This document shows, piece after piece, positions 40,101 through 52,400 of a stretch of DNA of 64,000 bases (the stretch's first letter is position 1; every line of letters begins with the position of its first letter). The notes under the pieces were generated by a model. The model saw only the letters and a program-made list of their open reading frames with translations, was not told the origin of the DNA and made no database searches. The DNA is from Lingula anatina (taxonomy: Eukaryota; Animalia; Brachiopoda). The DNA is taken from positions 26,542,401 through 26,606,400 of the forward strand of contig CM120641.1 of NCBI GenBank assembly GCA_051362555.1. Direction: 5' to 3'. Both the position numbers and the translations under genes were made by a program.

Positions 40101-42593
40101 CAGATAAGATATTATATAACTAACTTTAGCATCACAGCAAATGCCACATGATATCCATGCACAAGCCTAATCCATTTTAATATAATCATGAAGTTTAATG
40201 GCCTAAATGAGGTACCACATTTTACACCTGAGTAAAGCCCATAAATAATACTGTTGTCCTTACAAATTTTATTGTCCAGTGATAAAGGTGATAGTTAGTT
40301 TGAAGTGGTGTTCTGAATCATTTTCCTTTACTTTACAAAGAAAACCATATTTCCAGAAAGGAGAGTGACATAATAATGAAGACAGTGCCACTATTTAAAT
40401 GCACAGTGATAAATGTGAAAGCTTTGGCAAGTTTATTGGTTTCATTAGTTACAAAAAAATTGTCTGGGTTGTTTAGACATGTGCAATGCAGGTATTATTT
40501 TCTAACACAGCATTAGCTGGGGATGTTATAAATACTGGTCTCATATGACATGGTTTGGAAAATAATCCTGCACTGTAGCAAGACAGTGCTGAGAGGTTAT
40601 AATTCAGTTCCAAACACAAAAATGCTAATGTATATATGGCAAATTTTAAAACTATTTCTAGGCTTACTGTGTCTTTTTACTAGTCCAAAGATGACATATA
40701 ACTGACAGGCAATACGTCTAAAGACAAATCTTCAAAATGTATGAAATTTTTTCTTTAAAGTTCCCAATAATCTCATCAAACTGACTACAATAATCTGTAT
40801 TAATTAATAGCCTTATTTTCATGGACAATGCATTTGGCTTATAATGCATTCATCTGCTATAATTCCATTACCCACAATACATTTCAAATCTACCTACCAG
40901 TAGCAATATTGTATAAATTAAATGCACTCAGGAGAATACAAGTGACTAATTAAATCATTTCCAAGAAACCCTACCCATGCCCCTTTTCCCTAATCACATT
41001 AGTATTACTTGGGAAATCAAATTCCAACTGAATCTAGATGGGTGTGCTCTTAGTTTACTGCTAGTGTCAGTGAAACCAAATACCAAAAGCATAGCAGCTG
41101 TACTTATCACATTTTTATATATCTATATAATCACCTGCTATCTGATAAAGTGAACTAAGGTTACAGCAAATATGTTATCAGTCTTATTTGAAAACCAAGT
41201 AAATTGTGTGAAAATAAACATGATTAATAGAAGAGTGTACAATATATGAATGTCATATTTTTGGTCAAGAAATGTGAAAATACATACATATTGTTTAATA
41301 CTAAAAAGTTTGATAAAAGTAAATATTTAATTATTAATATCATTATTTTGTTTGAATGAATTTAAATCTTTCCCCGAAAGGTATTACAAGCATAAACATA
41401 TGAAAATACAGTATATTAGGGTGTATTCCCAGAGATTTAGATCGATCCAGGGATTAAGATAATAATAATAATAATTTATTAAGCCAATAAAATACAAATG
41501 TATAAAATCGGGAATCTTTTGCCCTGTAGTAGCGCCATTGAAATATAAAAAATGAAAATTAAAATTACATGTTAGAGTTAAAAATAGTTACTGCCGAAGG
41601 ATAAAAGCTATTTAAAAATCGCTTACTACCCTTTTTAGATCGACCTAACTCCCTGGGGGTTCATGCTAAATTGCAGTCAGCTGAGCGCGCACCATAGTTA
41701 ATTACCCCTTTACAGCTTTTAGTAGGCGGGAAAGACGCTTAAGCCGGCTAAGCTGACAGTAATCTAGTGAGACTCCCCACAGGGATAGATCGATCTAAAA
41801 CCTATGGAAATGGGGTCTTAGTCTAAAGCTAAAAATAATTGAAATAAATCAGACTGGGTTAGCAAAAAGGAAATTGTTTTCAAAGTCATGGCTTCTTCAC
41901 AGGCACAAACCGTAGTGAACTTAAAAAGCATTCATAAATGCATTGCATTTTCTTATTTCTCCCCCAGTCGGAAAACGATGACTCAAAAATATCACTGAAA
42001 TCAAAAGTTGCCTTCAACAAAAATAAGCCTCTCTTTATAAAGGTATGCTTGGGTAGAGTTTGCCAATGCCATCATAAGCACTGAGGGAATGAAAGAACCC
42101 TGCACAGCACAGATCATAGTTTGTTCAGAAAACAGTTGTTATGATATCTCCCCAGTTGAGGTAATAAAGCTGGTGGGAAAACAACTCATACTCTGCTTTT
42201 GCTAGAAGGGATCTAGAAGACAGTGCTGCACCTATCCACAATTGAGTAGTACATAGTAATAGTAACTTGGCTTAAACCATTGTCTTAAGTAAGTTAGTAG
42301 TCATACACATTGTAATTTGTTAATAGCACTCTCATTTGATATTACATTTATAGTGTCATTTTCATCCACCCAAGTGGATGCATATGTTACAAAGAATAAA
42401 CTATATGTTTACTTACTCCTTCTGTAAGTTCGATCCTCTGTGCAATGCTCTGCAGGCATTCTTGGGCCAGGCTCTCCGGAGTGAGAGTACATTCAATCAG
42501 CGTGTTGTCCAGCAATTGTACGCTGACCACAAATTGGTTTTTGGAAGAGACGTTGTATCTCTTGGTCTTCTTTAACGTCCATTTAAATGGCAT
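19152..42593 (-). CDS. PTPN14: FERM-domain non-receptor protein tyrosine phosphatase, PTPN14/PTPN21 (Pez) family, ~1245 aa
   Basis: Phase-consistent exons (minus strand): 42593-42417, 39220-39051, 33064-32967, 32610-32540 (GC donor), 31241-31083, 30762-30674, 30262-30175, 29633-29551, 29268-29212, 28592-28547, 27721-27670, 27193-25536, 23037-22912, 22077-21859, 21587-21459, 21158-21090, 20670-20511, 19856-19699, 19280-19152. N-terminus [22 protein letters not shown] domain, PPxY motifs, PTP motifs [42 protein letters not shown]; C-terminus NSRLI. Likely co-orthologue of PTPN14 and PTPN21. Confidence 0.92.
25536..27193 (-). CDS. PTPN14: Large linker exon of the PTPN14-like gene with PPxY WW-binding motifs
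   Basis: 1658-nt exon containing [14 protein letters not shown] and STPDL, typical of the PTPN14/21 linker; bounded by AG and GT. Confidence 0.9.
33187..35804 (-). mobile_element. Decayed transposon relic with SAP/SWIM pseudogene and possible Crypton-like tyrosine-recombinase C-terminal remnant
   Basis: 35696-35540 translates [19 protein letters not shown]...[18 protein letters not shown] (SAP-like, frameshifted). 34903-34500 gives ...[32 protein letters not shown] (SWIM-like). 33640-33350 gives GCVT...HVTGH...QISNI...[18 protein letters not shown] at both ends; related cgcgcg(t)caaggttatt motif near both ends. Confidence 0.5.
35870..37406. mobile_element. Ginger-like non-autonomous foldback element
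   Basis: TGT...ACA termini; TIR tgta(c/a)catgaaaatctgactccccca; flanks CCGG (35866-35869) and CCAG (37407-37410, probable CpG-decayed TSD); long inverted arms built of ~190-bp subrepeats. Confidence 0.7.
36020..36560. repeat. ~190-bp tandem repeat (about 3 copies), with inverted copies at ~36850-37200
   Basis: aaagattt(g/a)tatt recurs at ~36025, ~36221 and ~36411; reverse-complement units (gatcatcaaatatcaaataaatagctttt) lie in the right arm. Confidence 0.85.
38105..38180. repeat. (TAA)n-rich microsatellite
   Basis: Imperfect ataataata run. Confidence 0.8.
41419..41817. mobile_element. Degenerate Harbinger-like MITE
   Basis: TTA on both sides (41416-41418, 41818-41820); imperfect TIR containing tttagatcgatc / gatcgatctaaa. 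Confidence 0.5.
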
Positions 42594-44969
42594 CCTGATT
42601 TCTTGAGCTCAGAGTTTCAGTGAGAAGCCAGCCAAAAACCATTTCAGATGTTGAACAATGGAGTTCCCATCATATAAAATGACATCTTATGATTAAAAAC
42701 AGCAGTTATGGGAGGTGACCTCTGTAGAGGGAATTCTTACAAGCACTTAGGTCAATCCCACATTGTTAGGATTGGTATGTTCCTGATCCAGTGCTGTGTT
42801 GATTGCTCCAAAATATGTAGAAGTAAAGATATTTCACTGCAGTCTGAAAATAAAAGAACAAGGTTTATATTTTTCGTCCCTTACCATAAAAATGATCAAA
42901 TTATAATACCTACGTCACTGAAATCACTCATCAGTCCACCTGATCCATTAGAAGAACTCCTTACAAAAAAGTAACTTGAAGTAAATGTAAAACAATTTTG
43001 CTACTCAATATCCCACAACAAACTCAGTTTAAAGAAAAGTTAATATATATAACATTTTGGAATAAAATGGCAATAACATGACATGTTCAGCAACAGTTAA
43101 GATTCAATTACCAACCAAAATATCTTTCCTAACTCAGTCCAAACAACACAACAATAACACAGGGTAATTATATCATGCAGTTCCTCAATTATCAATCAGA
43201 TGTGTTAATTAGGAAGTTGTTATTCTGGATTAGCATATAATAACATGAATACAGAGGAAAGGGTTAAGTGATTTCATCTGTAATAGCAATGTTAAACCAG
43301 AAGAGGTATAGAATTTTGGAATATTCAGCAAAGAGCAGAGGGTCTTTTTTTTTTCTTTCTGCAAGGAAGTCTTCAGCATAATTCTGAATGAGTTGAAGAG
43401 TATGACTTGTCAGCAGTTTAAATGTCTAGACATTCACTGTGCTTCACCTGTACCAAGGACTAGACCAGACAGAACACATTTACCAGGGTGTTCCTGTAAC
43501 TCAGACACTTCAGGAATAGAAACCCAAGCAATTTTTCACTAGTCTGCACTGCACAAGTCTCTTACTAGTAAATTACCACTATTAAGCCTAAGTCAGAAAA
43601 TTGATGAGCCCGGCTAACAGGGGATTTCCTCATGTATTTGATGTAAACATTTGTGTTCAAAGCATTGGCCTTCATATTGTGATATCTCTATTTATCAAAA
43701 TGATAATTTATCACTTGCGTATTTTTGAATTTAAATAAAATAACACAAATTTGTTCCCTTATATAGCAAAACCATTGCAATATAACTAAACTAATGATAA
43801 GAAATATAATCCGTGTACCTCTGATGCTTAAAATCAGAAGGTATCAAAATAGAAATTATATAATAATGTTTATGCTTTTGGTCTGTATGCATTTTAATTA
43901 AACTACCGTCTACCAGTAAAGACTATCATATACAAAAATTTTCAGGAATCATCACAATGTTTCATCTCAAAACAATGATTTCTAATAATCTGATAATTTG
44001 TCTTTTATATCTAGCATTGAAAGCAGTGATCAGGCACATGAACTTGGCAGTTCATGCAATACTGCAGTACTTAATAATTTAAACATACTAATAACAGCGT
44101 TTTTCAGAAGTACTGTATACTTGACAGTATATATAATAAACAATATTTTCGAATTTTGATAAAATACACAAAATATTCCTATATAGTGTATTAACACTCC
44201 TCTGGTTTCTCATTTCATCCTGGGACTCTGGGTTTTACACCACAGACTATAACCTGCTTCTGTCCTAAAAAAATTGACAATAACTTTACCCAACTGGATT
44301 TGCAATCATAAACTAGACTTTCTGAAATGGCACAGGACCATTCTTTTTACATCGAATTGGTATGTTTTAATGATCTCTACAGCACAACCCTTCTTCAAGC
44401 TGTTGCCATGTTCCCAAGGCAAGAGCAATTAATTTTGCCTGCTGTAATGAACTATTGGCTTGCATCTGAACATATGAAAACATTGCTGTAACCTGGATCT
44501 TCTAGTAAAGACAGACTTGGTCTGAGCAACATCTTACTGATGATTTCACTCCATTTTGACTTTCCAGGTTGTATGGGCTGGATTTGTTCATATCAACTGA
44601 TTAAGGTGACACAGTTACAGATGAATGTGCCCGTGGTCAGCTTGGCTTAAACTTCAGTTTGGAGTCGTTTATAAATCGATGCTTCAATATTTCATAATAA
44701 TAATAATAATGCTTATTGTGTTAAAACTTAGAAGCAGCCATCAACAAATTTATTAGAAGGGTTAACCTTACCGAAATTACCTTTAAATATTAAAACGATT
44801 ACCAGGCAGACTGTCAAGTAGAATTAGAATTTGGAAAACCACAGCTGCAGTGCTTGGCTTGCTGAACAATGCTCGACGGTTTAGTGGTACTTGGGTCTTG
44901 CGAGCTGTAAAATCCTTCACCTCTAAGTTCAACCACTTGTCGGGATTCCAATCTAGATATGACAAATAT

Positions 44970-45450
44970 GGTCTATTTACTTACTCAGTCATCTATTGAA
45001 TAACTCACGTGCTTCCGGTTGTTATAAAGTACAATAAATGTTGGATTTACTCACCGAAAATTAGGAGGGGATTCCAGTATTCGATGACGTATGTAGGTCA
45101 AGAATGCTGACCTATCGAAATGGTCGTTGATAGCAAGTACTCTTCAATGACTGTCGCAAAGTTAGCAATTAGTCATCGTGTTTAAAGGATTTATCTACAT
45201 CGAGTTGTTATCTCAATAGCAAAAAGCTTTTTAATATTTATGTGATATTTCTTAAGAGAACAATAAAATATATCATCGTTATTTAAAGTCTCATACATTT
45301 TCTACCTTATTCTTTATTTTCTACTGCATCAAAACATCCAATGAAATGTTACCGCCATGTCCACATACGCATGCGTGCTCTTTAAACCGTCTCGGTGCGA
45401 AATTCGACTTGGTGAAACTACTGTTTGATTGATGTTTACCATGTAAGTAC
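44970..45450. promoter_or_regulatory. Putative bidirectional promoter of the PTPN14-like (-) and CENPF-like (+) genes
   Basis: CpG-retaining patch between divergent genes; minus-strand donors GTGAGT (45054) and GTAAGT (44984); plus-strand donor GTAAGT 45443; E-box CACGTG 45006, ETS CTTCCGG 45012, CCAAT 45338, NRF1-like ACGCATGCGT 45367-45376, CHR-like TTTAAA 45381-45386. Confidence 0.6.
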
Positions 45451-46455
45451 AGGTTAAAAGGTTAGATTATCTTCATGTATATGTACACATGTGCTAATTA
45501 ACGGAAAATTTATATTGACGGAACTTTCGAAACATCTCACCAAATGTAAAATTATTTTATTGAAATATATAGCTAAAATAGATCAATCATTGATTCAATG
45601 TGTCCCAATTCATAGGTCTACCCCAAAAGTCTTTAGTAGTTCAAGGCCTGCTAAGATAATTCAAGAGCATTAGACTTAAAGATGATTTTGGGGATTTTTT
45701 GCACTTGTGTAGAGTTTTTTCTCTTTTGTATAACTCTTATTTTCAATATCTTTGCTAAATTGAGTGTAGTGGTGACTTTGGCCATGTGGTTCCTATTCAA
45801 ATAAATAAGTTTTGGAATTCATATAATTGAGAGTCAAATAAAAAATGTAAAGAATTACAAAGTAAAATTTCAAACTATTTATTCAATATCAGTCTCTGAG
45901 AGGCTTTGGGAAAAGTCACCACATTTTGATAAACACTAAAGATTTTGGAGTTACAGGGTGAGGGGAATATCACTCTGCACCTTAATAAGGACTGTCTCTG
46001 TACTGTATAACATAGCAAGTAGCAGGAAAATTCATTTGTTATTTTCTTACACATGTACTATATAGGGGTTTTGATAACTGCAAAATTGTATTCATCTACC
46101 ATCCCCACAGATGCAGATAAAAAAAATATTTGAGGCCTTAATCATTATAGAATATCATTATTGCATATATAAAAAAGAAACATTAATGGGAGTTCTAATA
46201 TAGTCTATGGATTTTCATGCTTTGAATTACAGTGCAAATCTAGAGATTGGTTCTAATTTGGTCAGAAGTACATGATTCTAATGTTCTTGCAAATGAAAAT
46301 ATGGAATAGGTCAGATATTTTTTTTTGATATTTTACCTATTTCAACATTTGCATCTGTTTGTGTCTCGCATGACATAGACATTTTTAGTTTATTAAAAAA
46401 GCCATGTTCTGTAATCTCTGATTGTATAACATATTTCTAGGTGGACACTTCAAGC

Positions 46456-49400
46456 ATGAGCTGGGCAGCCAATGAATGGAAGGCAGATTTGCCTCACAAG
46501 GCACTGCTAAAGGTTGAGGAGTTAGAAAATCAATTAGAAAGACTTAAGAAGGAACGTCAACAAAGGCAGTTTCAGCTTGACAGCTTGGAACAGGTAATCC
46601 ATTTCTATACTAAAAGAACTAAAATCTTGAGTTTATTGCTACACTGGGGGTTATTTTCCAAAGTTCAATTAAAACTTATCTAATACATCATTTTTCGTTT
46701 GTTGTACACATTAAAATATAATTGTATTGGAATTATAATAATATTCTTTTGGTTCTTTTGCAAAGGCACTTGAAAAACAAAAGCGCAAAGCAGAAGAGGA
46801 GAAGTCTCTGTGTGGTTCTCTGAAACGTGAAAACCAGAGCTTGGCAGAGACTTGTGAAGAACTTGAGAAAAAGCGTGAGAAGTTGCAACATGAGTTGCAG
46901 AACAAGGACACTCACATTTCCTGTTTGGAAGGACAGTTAGCTCATGCAAAGCAGTCTTTAGAACAAGAAACAAACAAGGTATTGTGTTAGAATTTATCCA
47001 TGATGTCCAGTGGACTTGAAAGACTGAAAAATTGATTTGCAATTTTTTTGTGTTTTTGTGTACATTTTCAAAAAAAAAAAAAAATCTTACAATGGGTAAG
47101 GCAAATCTGTAGAAACTTAGTTGATCAAATTTCAGTTCATTTTGCCAAGTTAATGAATATTTGCTAAAAATAAAATTTGACAAGTAACAAATATTTCCAT
47201 ATATTTTATGTGCTGTATGGCTCATTAAAAATTTCAGAATATATTTAATTATTCAAGATTTCAAACATGGCTAGATAAATTTAATTTGTAATGTTTTTAC
47301 TGACAAAATTTAATTTTTTGAGTTTTTTAAATGATAAATTGAGACTTGAGATATCATTTTGTGAATTTCTATAGGCCGGTCAGCTGAAAACAGAACTGGA
47401 AAAGGCACAGGCTGAGCACTTGGAAGCCGTGAAAAAACTTGAGAAATTAACAGGGGATTACAACAGGCTGCAGGAGAATGGCACTCACCAATCCAGGCAA
47501 ATTGAAGGACAGAGTGAGAAGATCAAGTGTCTGCAGCAAGAAGTGAAACAATTGCAAGGAAATTTAGATAGAAAGGGACATGAACAGAAGTCAAGACAGC
47601 CTTCTGGAACACCAGGTACACTTTTTAAGAAACACTCGTTTGAATAAGTTTGCTTAAAACTAAACTCTCGAGTTTAAAAATGGTTGATATTTAAAATTAC
47701 AACTGCTACTATTAGGTACCCAGGATGAAACCAGTGAGCTGAAAAGAAAACTAAGTGAAGTTGAGAGCCTAAGAGCCAAGGAGTTGGAGGAACACAACAA
47801 AACGGTTGAAGAATTCAAAGTTCTACAAGATAAGGTAAACAGAGTTCCCTTTATTGATATAGACAAAGCAAAGAATTATATATATGTGCATTATTATCCA
47901 ATTTTATGTCATCATTTTTAATGATTTTTGATACTCTAGAACATTTTTGTTCTAGATTCAAACTTAAAAAATATTCCTTTTTAAGGCATTGATATATCTC
48001 TGTATCTTAAATGTGATTGATTAAGTATATTAAGCTTAATTCATTGAAAAGATTAACATTCTGTTTCAAGGTTCAGAAAGATTCAGATGAGCTGCAGAAG
48101 GTAAGAAGTGAAAAGGATCTCCTCAGTGTGCGTGTAGAGAATCAGCAGGAGGCAAGCAAGAATGCTACTAGGCAGATGGAGTCCATGTTGAAAGAGCAGA
48201 CTGGTATTAGTGATGTGCAGCTGGATAAGATGGAGAAAATGATTGATCGCTTGAAGAAAGAAAATGAAGGTTTGTATTTGATTTGCAAATTTTCTTTTAG
48301 CATTTCTTGCAATTGGTGTATCAATAATTATTTGTTTTAATCAACTTGATAACTAATTTGGAGTGACAAGAAAGTGACTTCTTCAGGCCTATTCCCTTAA
48401 AAATGCATCTGCCCATGTGTGAACATGGATGTAATGGGAAATTGCTCTTGGCTGCTCTTTCAGCTGTGAAGACTGGAAATGCCAATCTGGAGATGCAGAT
48501 CCAGGCGAAGGCCAAGGAGATCTCCAGTCTTAATGGCAAGATGAGAGAGTTGCAGTCCGAACAGGATGCCAGCCTGACGGCACTGATGGAGAAGGAGAAA
48601 ATGGTGGCGCAGTGCAAAGATGAAATGGCCAAACTGAAGATTCAGCTTGATGAGGCTAATCACAAGGTGAGGTGTGCTGGTGATTCATTGTATTGTGATG
48701 AAATCACTTATGTGATTATTTAATGCTAAAACCATGATATTGGCCATTATAATTTGGAACTTGTAAAAAAAAAGTTAAGTGTTTTGTTTTTCTGTTAAGG
48801 TGACCCTGCTTGATCAAAAAAATAAGCAACTCACAGAATCGGTGAAGAGGATGGATGGCACTAAAGAGGAGAAGGTATTGTTTCATTTAGGTCATAGGCT
48901 AGTTGCATGGGAACAGTGAATCAGTTGAAACTGGCAATTAATTTAATTTGTTGACTTTTTTGTTCAGGTTATAAGAAAAAATATAATTTTATTCTTTATT
49001 ATATAAATAGCAGATTTTGTATTCAGGTGCAATAGGTACCTCAAGCAACCTCTCAGGATATTAATGTGTATTACGTGTTATACTCCAGGAGTCCCTGAAC
49101 AAGCAACTCTCAGAATCTCAGTCAAAAGTTGGCAGCTTGGAAAAAGAACTGAAACAGCTGAAAGAGAAGCTTCAAAATTCTGATACTGTAAACAGTGACT
49201 TGAGGGCCAAAATGATGGAGAAGGACTTGGACACTGAAGCCTTGAAGGTGACCACTTAGACTTAAGATACTGAAATACAATGTACCTGCTTATTAGTTTG
49301 CTTGATTGGAGGGATTCATATAATAGTGGTTGACTTTTTTTTTTTGCCTTATTATAAACTTATTTACTCCTATAGCTAAATATGTTTTTCTGATGAATTG

Positions 49401-52400
49401 AAAATGTAATTGGTTAAACATTAATTTTAGTAAATTTATGCATGGCCTGCTTTACTTTTAGGCTAAGCTTGAGAAAATGACAGGTGAACTTAGCACCAAC
49501 TCAGAAAACCTTAAGTCTGCTCATGAAAAGGAGATGGGCACTCTCAAAGCTCAGATCCAGGAATTGGAGAGAAAAGTACAGGAGGCTGGAAGGGAAAAGG
49601 AATCTGTAAGAGAGCAAATGGAAAAAAGAATAGATGAATTAAAAGTAAGTATGTGCCACATACATGTAGACTCTTAAATTGTTGTTTTTCTGGCATGCCC
49701 AAATTTTGTTGTTTTGTTAGTATTAATGTTGACTACTGAATGAATGCATAGTGTCTGACCATCAGCAAGATTAACATCTTTTTCTTTTGAAAAGCTATAA
49801 TTTTATTAACATTTTTTGTTAAACCTGAGAATTTACAGTGTTGGAATCATCTAAATGTTTTTGAAAATTCACTATGATACAAGTAGCACTTTTTTGTCTG
49901 AATATGATAAACTGAAAATAAAAAATGTTTTTTTTTAATGTTCAGGACCAGATCCAGTCTATGGAGAAAAAGGTGTCTGAAACTGAAGAACAGATCAAAC
50001 TTCAAGATCAAAAGTCAAAGGACTTGATAGAAGAAATGAAGCAGAAAGTGTCCAGCATGGAAGGGGAAAGAGATGAAGCCAAGTGCAAAATGAATGAAAC
50101 CATATTTGACCTTGAAAATAAGAATGAAGAGATCCAGGCCATGATGTCTCAGCTTGAGGGGTTGAAATCCCAAAAGGCACATGCACAGCAGCAGTATGAC
50201 AATCAAGCTAAAGAATTGACAGAGTTAAAACAGCAGTACACAGTAGTTTTGGAGGAAAAGGACAAGTCGGGAGTGGTCATTGGAAAGCTTGAAGATCAAG
50301 TGAAGAATCTTTCAGAACAATTGAAGAGTCTGCAACACAAAGCTGATAATGAGGGTCATGACTTAAAACTAAAATTAGCCGAGTTGGAGAACCATAAAAC
50401 ACAACTGCAAAGAGAGGTTGAGGAAATAACGACTGAAGTGGAAAAGAAGTCCCAGCAACTGAAGATTACAGTGGAACAACTCACTGAGATGAGTTCTAAA
50501 TATGATCAAGCTGAAATGATGTGCAGCACTCTTAAGGCCACAAGTGCAGAGTTGAAGAAAGAAATGGATCACATGGGCAGTGAAAGGGACCGCATGGCCG
50601 AGGAAAAGGCTGAGCTTGAAGAGAAAGAGCAGCACCATAAAAAGTCTCATGAGGAAATGCTCGTGGAACGCCAGAACCTATGCAGTCAGGTGCAGGAACT
50701 GAAGGCTCATCTTTCAGATGCCAAATCCGAGCTCCATGAGACCAAGAAGTCTCTGCAGCAGGCAGAGGCCACGGTGACAAGAGTCGAAGAAGAGAGAGAT
50801 AATGTTGCTGCTGCAAAGACCAAGATGGACAGTGACCTGACCAATCTACAGAACAAGATTCAGACTTTGGAGTCAGAGTTGGCCAATAGCTCTGGCAAGG
50901 TTGATGATTTTGAGAGGCAGTTGGCCGAAAAGAGTACTGCATTAGAAAATGCCCAGTTGCAGTATGATAGTTTTGCTAAAGATTCATCTAACAAGTTGGA
51001 ACAGCTACAGAAAATGTGCAACGACCTGCAAGAAGAGAACAAGAAAGTCAAGCAGCAGGTTGCAGACTTTGAAGAGTCTCATGGAATGCTGAAATGTGAG
51101 AAGGAGGACCTACTGTCTCAGCTGACAACAGCAAAGGAAAGTCTCGTTTCTTTGGAGGAAAAATCTCAGAGCATGTCCTCAGACCTCAGGTTGAAAGTTC
51201 AGCAGTTGGAAGAACAGAAGTTGGGTCTACAGAAGGAAGTGGATGAAGCTACATCTGTACTTGAAAAGAAGTGTGAAGAAGTAGAAACACTCACTCAGCA
51301 GTTGAAGGCCATGACTGAGAGCCTCGCCCAGCTACAGCAACAATGTAGCAGCTTAGCAGAAGAAAAAAAATCTATCAAGGAACAGATGGACCTTAACTCG
51401 CAGCAGGTAGAACAGCTTGGAATTGAAAAAGCCACCCTGACTGAACAGGTAGCACAGTTGAATATTACATTGTCATCACAGGAAACGAAAGCCTCAACAG
51501 CCATTACTGAGTTGAATGGCAAGATCCATGCAGTTGAAGCTGAAAGGGCTAACATAGCTAAAGAGCTTGAAGAGGCACGTTTCTCTTTGGAGAACAAAGA
51601 TGAGGATTTGGAATCTCTCAACGAGCAAGTTCAAACTCTGGGAGAGAATGAGGCTTCACTGAAGCAGAATGTAGAGGCCCTGAAAGCTGAGAGTGGTTTA
51701 TTGAAAGAGGCCATTGAATCATTGCAGCAGGAGAAAGAGAAGTTGGGACAAAACCTGGCTGAAAAAGCAAGTGAATGTGAGGAAATCCGCCAAGCCAGCT
51801 GTGATCTTCAGGTAGAGAAAGACAATTTACTTAGTAGGATTGGAGATTCAGAGAGTCAGCTAACCCAAAACAGGCACATGCATGATGAAATTTTGAAAGA
51901 ATTACAGGCTTCCAAGGTCAAAGTAGAAGAGCTTACAGCAACCGTTGATGACCTCACAACAGCCAAGTGTAAACTGGAGAGTTCTATCAGTGACCTGACA
52001 AATAAAATGGATGCACAGCAGTCGATAGTTTCAGAAAAGAATGCGGAATTGGGTGCTTTGCAGACAAAATTGGATCAACAAGAGCAGAGACTTATTGAAC
52101 TGAACGAAGAACTTAGGAAGAAGGCCAAGGAGCATGATCTGCAGGCTCACACTGTGGAACAGCAGAAAGAAAATGCTCAGGCACAGATCAGAGCTCTGGA
52201 AAATGAAAGGACTGATCTAACTGCTCATATCCAACAGCTAGGTCTTGACAAACAAAGCCTTGATGAAGAAATGCACTCAGTTAAAAGTCAGCTCAGCTCC
52301 TTGGAGGAGAAGTCAAAGAATGCAATTTCAGAGTTGCAGTCACAGCTTAAGTTTGTTGAAAAGGAGAAACAAAACTTACAGAATCAAATGGAAGAATCTG

